Below are positions 56,080-64,000 of a DNA stretch of 64,000 nucleotides, in pieces. The stretch lies in the NCBI GenBank assembly GCA_053919585.1, contig CM132799.1; one strand, 5' to 3'. The notes beneath the pieces were generated by a model. That model worked only from the letters and a program-made list of their open reading frames with translations, was not told the DNA's origin and ran no database searches. This DNA is from Euprymna scolopes. Its lineage: Eukaryota. The translations under genes and the position numbers were made by a program. Position 1 is the first letter of the stretch. The number at the start of each line of letters is the position of its first letter.

Positions 56080-56945
56080 TTAAGATTCGGTAATTATATT
56101 TTCTTTACTTTATCCTGTGTCTTGCATTCCTAATACATAACTAAAGCACTTTTTGAACAAGATCACTTTCCGACGGTTATTTAAAAAAAGAGTTTCTAAG
56201 AAGGCTGGACGTTTTGAAAGCGACGAGTCGTTAATAGCTGCATTGCAGAAAAAAGACTTTGACAGTTAAGTTTGTTGAACTGCAAATCTTAATATTAACA
56301 CTTTTATTGCAGTTTGTAATTCATATTTGATCTTTCTTATTTAATAATAGAGTTTCTCGTCCACGAATTGCTTATATATAGCCAGTGAAATTTGAATATA
56401 ACAGTAAGATTTAAAATGCCTATTCTCTTTACTGTCACCATTTCTCCACATTCTCGCATAACTTATACGTAATTAAGGCAGATTTTGGAACAAGGTACCG
56501 TTACGACGGTTAATTTACAAAAAAAGGAAGGAATTTCGTGGAACGCTGAGTCTTTTTAAACCGACGTCTCTTTAGTAGCTGCATTATAAATGGAATATTT
56601 TGGCAGTTAAGTTTTTGCCCTATTTGTTGTAATTTTTCACAACTTCAAAAGGCCAAATAAACTATTTTACTTCAGTTTTTAATTCATATTTCATTTGTTC
56701 TTTTTTAAATAGATGTTCCTGTCCACTAGATGTACTGATATATAGTCCGATGAATTTTAATATTGCAATAAGAGTCGATAATTTTCTTTTTTTACTCTCC
56801 CCTTCCCCCTGTTTCTTGCATTCCTTATACATAACTAATGCAAATTTTAAAACAGGATTACGTTTCGAAGATTAATGTAAAAAAACAAAGCATTTCTTTA
56901 ATCTCTGAACGTATTTAAAGCGACAAGACATTAATAGTTGCATTG
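56080..56945. repeat. Degenerate tandem repeat, about 2.5 units of 330-360 bp
   Basis: Recurring TCT.GCAT..CT.ATAC.TAA.TAA.GCA (about 56120, 56452, 56815) and TA.TAG.TGCATT (about 56232, 56573, 56932). Confidence 0.8.
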
Positions 56946-57078
56946 AAGATGTCTATGTGCAATGGCAGCACCGCATTCTAGGATTGGTCTTTTGGAACGA
57001 TTCTTTGATGACTTTAATGAGATTTTAAACGATCATGTAGTAAGCTCACACATTTACATGTATTACTGCATTTTATTG

Positions 57079-57155
<77 letters not shown>

Positions 57156-57158
<3 letters not shown>

Positions 57159-57388
57159 CCCTTAGGTTTCAAAACCCATACTATGACCACAAAAATACAT
57201 TCAACAATAAAAAACACCGTATAAAAAAAACAACACTAGCGAATAAATAGTGGGAGCTCAAAGAAAGCGGAAATTCGCCGGTAGTCGAATGGAACATAAT
57301 AAGAACATCTACCACGTGTAGGCATCTGGACGAGCCATGTAGATTATGGCTTCATGAAAAATTTGCTATCTTGTACTTTAAAGAACCT

Positions 57389-57392
<4 letters not shown>
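57156..57392 (+). mobile_element. PLE (Neptune-like) GIY-YIG endonuclease C-terminal fragment
   Basis: [40 protein letters not shown]...[12 protein letters not shown] matches FK.RY.NH..SF...T.LS.Y.W.LK.....I.W.I....C.LCL.EK..IL. It is flanked by (AT)n. Confidence 0.75.
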
Positions 57393-57448
<56 letters not shown>

Positions 57449-57451
<3 letters not shown>

Positions 57452-57557
57452 GTGTCTTTGTAGCTCCCAGTATTTATTCGTAAGTGTTGTTTTTTATACG
57501 GTGTTTTTTATTGTTGAACGTACATTTGTGGTCATAGTATGGGTTTTGAAAAGTAAG
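57449..57557 (-). mobile_element. Inverted second copy of the same GIY-YIG fragment
   Basis: Highly similar reverse complement of about 57167-57265, flanked by (AT)n. Confidence 0.8.
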
Positions 57558-57565
57558 ATATATAT

Positions 57566-57645
<80 letters not shown>

Positions 57646-57647
<2 letters not shown>

Positions 57648-57682
57648 CAGCACTACCCGGTCATGCGTTGCTGTGGCTAAGT
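57646..57682 (-). mobile_element. Helitron-like 3' terminus
   Basis: Minus strand AGCCACAGCAACGCATGACCGGGTAGTGCTGCTA resembles the Helitron end pattern GCCAC.GCAACGCGTGGCCGGGT...CTAG. Confidence 0.55.
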
Positions 57683-57744
57683 TAGTTTAAATGGAGCACA
57701 TTCCTCAAGGAAAATTTCATTTTGTATTGTTTATTTATCTTTAC

Positions 57745-58090
57745 TTTACATGGAATCTAGGCTTAAGTTAAGGCACAGATAAGAAGTGGTGGAATTATCG
57801 ATAATATTCCCAGCTAGACGAGTATGTCTTCTGAAAGATTGGCGAGAATAGAACATAGATTGAAGCACAGTCGAGCTATTGCCATGAAGATAAAGATAAG
57901 GCAAAGACAAACTCGCAACGTCTCTTCTGCCAGAAAGAGGTTGCAAAAAAGAGAAAAGAATCTCTATTTTGAACTATATGAAGGCAGGACTAGTCCTTTC
58001 TTGTAGTTTCTGCCACGATGTTGCAACAGTACTCCATCCTTGGACGAACTTGGCCGTTATATACATAGGGAATCGCATCAGCAGTGAGGT
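57745..58090 (-). mobile_element. Third fragment of the CR1/Jockey-group LINE
   Basis: YITAKFVQGWST and LQPLSGRRDVASLSLPYLYLHG align with 7990-8290. Confidence 0.8.
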
Positions 58091-58973
58091 GTCTACTGAG
58101 TCTTCTTGGATATCNNNNNNNNNNNNNNNNNNNNNNNNNNNNNNNNNNNNNNNNNNNNNNNNNNNNNNNNNNNNNNNNNNNNNNNNNNNNNNNNNNNNNN
58201 NNNNNNNNNNNNNNNNNNNNNNNNNNNNNNNNNNNNNNNNNNNNNNNNNNNNNNNNNNNNNNNNNNNNNNNNNNNNNNNNNNNNNNNNNNGTGTTACTCT
58301 GGTCATGAATAGGCTCCTATATGGTTGACTATTATAGGAAACTGATCACATATAATGATAGAAGATTTATGAAGACACAGGAATACGTATGTTAGATCTA
58401 GCATAATGATGATGATTCATTAAAAGTGTGGGATTTGCGTACGCCTCTCGTCCCCAAAATATGGACATAAAAAATTAAAATGTTAAAAAAAAGATTTTTG
58501 ATATAGATGTACATAATAATTGTTTGATATGTATGTTTTAATTTAATTAGGATGGTGTAATAAAATATAAGTAGGCACACACTTTAATAAAGACTTTTCA
58601 TATCTATCTGCGTGAGTATACTTTCATAATTATGTTTCAGTTTGAAGAAATGTGGTATAATAATATTATGGGGTGTTCGTTCGCGCCTGACCTCCATAGA
58701 TGGAAATATGTCACAAAAGTTTACAAGGTGTTTTAATAAAGCTCCTCAGAATATTGTGATAAGTGTTTCATTGTGAACAGGTATTTCATAATAAATTATG
58801 TGTTTATCTATTTTATTTTTACTTTTATCATATTTTGCTTTGGTTTTGATACTCCCAAATTCAAATCCATCTCTTTACAACCCTTGTTTTTCATAACCTA
58901 CCATACTTTCATAAATAAGAGTCCAATGTCTGTAGGCTGATTTGAACCCAGTAAACGACGGATACGTTTGTAA

Positions 58974-59057
<84 letters not shown>

Positions 59058-59559
59058 TTTTTTATGATATACGATTCCACATTGTGTTAAATTCTATGCT
59101 GGACCTGCGAAGTACGCAATCATTGCATAGCATGTGAGTTGTAATCTTTCTCCGCCATTTTTGACAATATATATTTTTACTTTTTTCAATAAGGGCCGTT
59201 TATTTTACATTTCTAATCAATACGCCGTCAGTCATACTCGCGATTTCAATTTCTCTACGTCCTAAAGCTTCGCGATTTTTTCTCTGCAATTAATTTATTC
59301 GATGACAAGTTTGCATTTACATTGCCATTTTTTGTTTTACATCTTGATAGAATATCATACACGCAGTTTTGTGCCATACTCTTTTCCTTATAATGTTTTA
59401 CTAGAACAAGGTGCTTCTGGTGTGCTCAGACGATCCTGAATACTGGTGGTGATGTATTGTTCAATTATAGGAAGTAAGGCTTACTTTCATTGTTATTATT
59501 GAGAGCTAATACTTCTGTTTTATTTTTGTTTTGTGTTTTTTATGTTTTTTGTGTATTTC

Positions 59560-59842
59560 ATATCAGCCTAGATACAACCTACTGACTTTGGTGTTTTTGG
59601 AGGCGGAAATATTTATTAGCCTGAAAAAAATGAAGATTATTTACATTCCCTGCTTGTGTATGTGTAGTTTGGGTTAGGGGGTTTCTTTGATAATATCTGA
59701 TAGTCGATACCAATGTCAAGGGGTGTTGTCTGTTTCAATTCTTTTAAACTTTTATACTAAGAGTTTATCTTCCTTGCCAGGAAGATTATTTCCTCATTTG
59801 GAGTGGTGTCCCTTGTGATTATTATCGCTATTTTCCTATATA
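59560..59842 (-). mobile_element. Possible L1/Tx1-like APE endonuclease remnant (may continue at 61411-61600)
   Basis: EIIFLARKINS (IL.GDFN-like), NYTY and FFRLINISASK (SRLDRI-like). RGPALL (GVAIL-like) lies on the far side of the Tc1. Confidence 0.3.
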
Positions 59843-61410
59843 CAGTAGCAGCCAAAACTAAGGGAGTAAATTTAAATACATAATATTTGTTAGAAATAAA
59901 ATGCGAACAGTTGAAATTTTGACAACGGAGAGACGTTGTCATCCTTAATAACATACTAAAATGTGTATCATTTGCAAATGATAAAAAAATAATTATAACA
60001 ATTATTTGTTATTTTCAATATAGGAACGTCCAAAAGTAAGGGGCAAAAGTCACAAAAACAATGTAAATGGTATGCTATATTAAATCCTTTGATTTTCTCT
60101 CATGAATTAGTCCTACCGATTTGTAAACGTTGCATAAGCCGGCGCCATGGCTAAACGCCAAAAATTGATTACTCTGTGAGACAAGCTATTGTTACGCTAT
60201 AAAAACAAAAACACATCATCAGCGAGTTTTCATAGAAAGTGAAACGTTCAAATAGTGTTGTAGGCAAGGTGGTTAAATCCTTCAATGGATCTGGTTAAAT
60301 ATTTAGTGTTTTAAGACCGGCAGACCCCGCAAAACTTTGGCAACAGAATACCGAATAATGCAGCGTATGTCATTAACGATAGTTTTAAGTCTCGCACAGA
60401 TATTAAAGGGTTATGGATATTAACTCATGTGTTAATGTGGCAAGACATAATGTTTCTAGACGACTGCAAGAAAAAGATATGTGTAATCGAACTCCAGTTA
60501 AGAATACACTTGTTAGTTCGAAGAATAAGAAGAAGAGATGTCAGTTTGCAAACAAGTATGCAATTCGAAAAATAAAAATTGGGTAAAAGTATTTTTCAAT
60601 GAAAGAATAATGTTTAATTTATTATTAAATGATGGTAAAACAACAATGTAAAGAGATATATTGACGAAAGATTAAGTGCAAATGTACATAGAAAACTGTA
60701 AATTTGGGGCCAAAAGCGTCATGGTAGTTTGAATGTTTTCTACCTAGGTAAAACGCTTCTTGTCCAGTTACAAACCCATGTAAACGCGCAAATTTATTTA
60801 AAAATATTGTTAAACCTCATGTTGTGCCATTCATTCAGACTTCAGGTGTCGATAGGGCTACCTAAATGCAGGATAATCCCCATGTCATAAAGCAAAGTTG
60901 GTAATGAGTTAACTTGGCGAGCAAGATTTCGAAATTATGGATTGGCCACTGCAAAGTCATGACTTAAATCCAATAGAAAATCTTTGAAAGACATTAGGAG
61001 TAACCATTATGGAAAGAAATCCCACTATTACGGAGGATTTGTGTGGTGAACCTTCAGGAGGAATTTTCTTAATTAGTATCGAGGATTGTCAAGAACGGAT
61101 TCTTAGAGTTAAAATTGTGCAACTGTCATTGAGATCAAGGACTCATTTACTCAATATAGATTGTACATATATTTTAATTTCTTTTTGATAGTTTACATTG
61201 TTTTCCTCATTTTTGTCCCTTACTTTTTGCGTGTCCTTTTTTTAAATACATAATTATTATAATTATTTTTCTATATTTTGAAAATATTTAAAATTTTAGT
61301 ATGTTATTAAGGATGATAACGACAACCAGTTGTCAACATTTCAGCTTTTCACATTTTATTTTTAACTAAAATTAGGTATTAACAATGCCCCTTAATTTTG
61401 AACGTTACAG
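59843..61410 (+). mobile_element. Full-length decayed Tc1-like transposon with about 200-bp IR-DR-type TIRs
   Basis: Left TA|CAGTAGCAGCCAAAACTAAGGG... matches the reverse complement of ...CCCTTAATTTTGAACGTTACAG, including the block ATCCTTAATAACATACTAAAAT. Internal DR at about 60030 and 61220. Protein pieces GRPRKT, TVNLG, MQDN and WPLQSHDLNPIENL. Confidence 0.92.
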
Positions 61411-62874
61411 TTTATTCGTATCTTGAAAACATGTTTATACACCAGCATTTGATTTGCTGTTTTGCTCCACTTTTTCAAATAAAGTAGTGTTATCAAACAG
61501 AAACACTCTATTCAGCGACAAAGATCATGTCTCAGATTTTAAGCTTTTATACCTGTGGAAATATTATAAAGATAGGAGAGCAGGACCTCTGTTATAAAAG
61601 CCTGATAGCAAGCCATGGTTGTTCACTACCAAAGTTAGCATGCCACGACCACAGTCAAGAAGGTTTATAATATTATTTACTTATTCCCGCATTGTGAATT
61701 TACGGGTTGACGGGCACTCTGTGTGTTTTTCTGTACACATTTAGATGCGTCTTCGTTTAACATCAATCATTATGAAATAAATACACTACTAAGCATATGG
61801 ACTAATGTTGGCTGATAATCTAATAATATTGGTAGCTCTTCTCTCACAGAATGTGATACAACAAACAAAATAACGTTAAATACATACACTAACCATAAAC
61901 TTACGCCCATCAATTGAGATAAGTTAATTCACGAAAAATGTTGCCCCATATAACCCAGACACTTGTTTATTCGTATACAAAATAATGCCTACATTCTTGC
62001 CTTCATCAGAATATGTATTTATTGAATTGAGATACAGAATAAAGTTAACACGTCTGGACTATTTTATCGCATACATTTTACAGTATATTATTAGCATCAT
62101 AGTTATTATCCTTTATTTCATGAGAAAAACATGCTAATATATGTCTACCGATATATTTGTAAAACACAATATATGTTTATTTACGTCACTCTGAGAAACG
62201 TCAGTTTATTTACATATTGAATATATAATATCGTATATGTTTTTATATGCGCAAGATATACATACCGCGTCTTATTCGAATTATTTTTTTACCCATGGTT
62301 TATTTTTCTACATGANNNNNNNNNNNNNNNNNNNNNNNNNNNNNNNNNNNNNNNNNNNNNNNNNNNNNNNNNNNNNNNNNNNNNNNNNNNNNNNNNNNNN
62401 NNNNNNNNNNNNNNNNNNNNNNNNNNNNNNNNNNNNNNNNNNNNNNNNNNNNNNNNNNNNNNNNNNNNNNNNNNNNNNNNNNNNNNNNNNNNNNNNNNNN
62501 NNNNNNNNNNNNNNNNNNNNNNNNNNNNNNNNNNNNNNNNNNNNNNNNNNNNNNNNNNNNNNNNNNNNNNNNNNNNNNNNNNNNNNNNNNGACGGGCGGC
62601 ATCATGTGGATTTCTACCCTTAGGCATATTTTACATTTTTATTTTCAGACATGATTTACATATTTTTCTTATTTGCTTCTAATGCTTCGCAGAGAAGAAG
62701 CCCCTCCCCTATTTCCCATTTCTTAAATATACCAATATATAAAAAAGGAACTATTCCCTTGTCTGCATGAAACAGTTCGATATAATTCTAAGTATTATTC
62801 GTCAATAAAATATGATAGGTGTGTAAGCGTTGAATATATCTATCGACTTACGCACCCATCTATCTATCTACTCA

Positions 62875-63452
62875 TATCTTACTACTATTATATAAAAAGG
62901 ATATTTGTATTTGTATGTTTGAGAGACCGTTAGAATTTTTATGAAATTTTGAACGAAGATTCTAAAGATACCAACCAGTTTTATTTCATAGCTTTTCATT
63001 TTGGAATGTCTCGGAACAATAATAGAAACTCTATGGAAGGAAAAAGCAAACGCTTTTTACAAAAGTTAACGCTTTATACAGTTTAATGTCATAAGTGTAT
63101 TTAGAAAGATTTTACCTTACAGACGAAAAACCAAACATATAAAATAAACAGTAGTTCCATTGATATAATAGGGGCACGTTCGAAATAAATGTTTTTGTTT
63201 AAATGGCAATTGAAACAGTATACTCTTCTTTTGCCTTTTAAAATATAATTAAATTAATTATATATAAAAAGGTATATTATAACATGAGCAGTGCTTCGTA
63301 AACTACATTTTATCCTGTTCTTTCTAGGAACACATGTGGTACAATTGAAAAATTTGGGATTTTATCGATTTCTATGACAATAAAATATGATAGATTGAAA
63401 CATTCGTTGATCATCATTCACTCCGGGCAACGTCGGATCACCCCGCCATTAT
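62875..63452 (+). mobile_element. Non-autonomous Helitron-like element
   Basis: 5' A|TCTTACTACTATTATATAAAAAGGATATTTGTATTTGTATGTTTG (TC start with a TGTA/TGTT tract). The 3' CCGGGCAACGTCGG hairpin motif is at 63423. The terminal CTAG is degenerate. Confidence 0.55.
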
Positions 63453-63538
63453 AATTGGTAATATGATTCGTTCAAAATATGATGCTTAAAACAATAAAAA
63501 AAAAACTAATTCAAATATTCAAATAATGTAAAATATTA

Positions 63539-64000
63539 TTAGGTAGGTGCAAAAATAATGTCGTTTTTTACATTCAACTTCAAAAGAGCATAACTCCTTT
63601 CAAGAATTTTTCGCGCAGCTGTCGATATGCTTGAAAGAGTGATGATTTGTAGGCGAGTTAATATCGTGGTTCAGTCATCATCTCGTAGCCTAGTTCATTT
63701 TACTTCTGTAGGGTCCGTCAGCAACATGTGTGTATGCGCTGTCAAGCAGAAGAATTGGTTCCTTCATATTGACCCATCTCGGGCATATATATTGACTCAT
63801 TTGGTGCATTTTGTCAATTTTTCGGTAGGATTTCTCCGCTGTAATTGTTTCGCCCGGATTCTAGAAGCTCTGATAGATTAGACCGGCCGCAGACAACAAA
63901 ACAGTCACCATAACCGTTTCTGATGCAATCTCAGCTTCAGGAAGTGTCGGGGTTCTTCTGCGACACACAACTACAGTGCGAAACGTTGCCGTTTGTCGAA
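63539..64000 (-). mobile_element. mariner DD34D (cecropia/Hsmar1-like) 3' half, internally deleted, runs off the window
   Basis: TA|TTAGGTAGGTGCAAAAATAATGTCGTTTT resembles the Hsmar1-type TIR. Minus strand reads EEPRHFLKLRLHQK, VNMKEPILLLDSAYTHVA and SPTNHHSFKHID. Confidence 0.85.

Noticed and set aside
3185-59056. ORFs rich in YIYIYI, CVCV or IIII
   Set aside because: These are translations of (AT)n, (GT)n and (ATT)n microsatellites.
1758-62590. Twelve N-runs (about 130-275 nt) as possible masked exons, and the X-containing ORFs that span them
   Set aside because: Their flanks lack consistent AG/GT signals and several abut TE sequence. They look like scaffold gaps, so the ORFs are artefacts.

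Overview
AT-rich eukaryotic (probably invertebrate animal) intergenic or intronic DNA from a gapped assembly, with 12 N-gaps of about 130-275 nt and dozens of (AT)n tracts. I found no intact host protein-coding gene, tRNA, rRNA or CRISPR array. The window is mostly decayed mobile elements: two R4/Dong-clade (RLE-type) LINEs, three copies of one CR1/Jockey-group LINE, an RTE LINE, Penelope-like element (PLE) fragments, several Tc1/mariner elements (DD34E Tc1 with long TIRs, DD37D/maT-like, Hsmar1/cecropia-like) and Helitron-like ends. There are weaker THAP/ISL2EU-, piggyBac-, hAT-, Merlin- and L1/Tx1-like remnants. The most interesting items are a near-canonical minimal hammerhead ribozyme (4645-4692); a 2.8-kb higher-order degenerate tandem array whose monomers carry a conserved GTAAG..CAG mini-intron-like cassette (10965-13795); microsatellite-bracketed inverted GIY-YIG fragments (57156-57557); and a promoter-motif-rich solo-LTR-like cassette nested in a LINE (51435-51906). 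All family calls come from motif recognition by eye, not database searches. Boundaries without TIR/TSD support are approximate.
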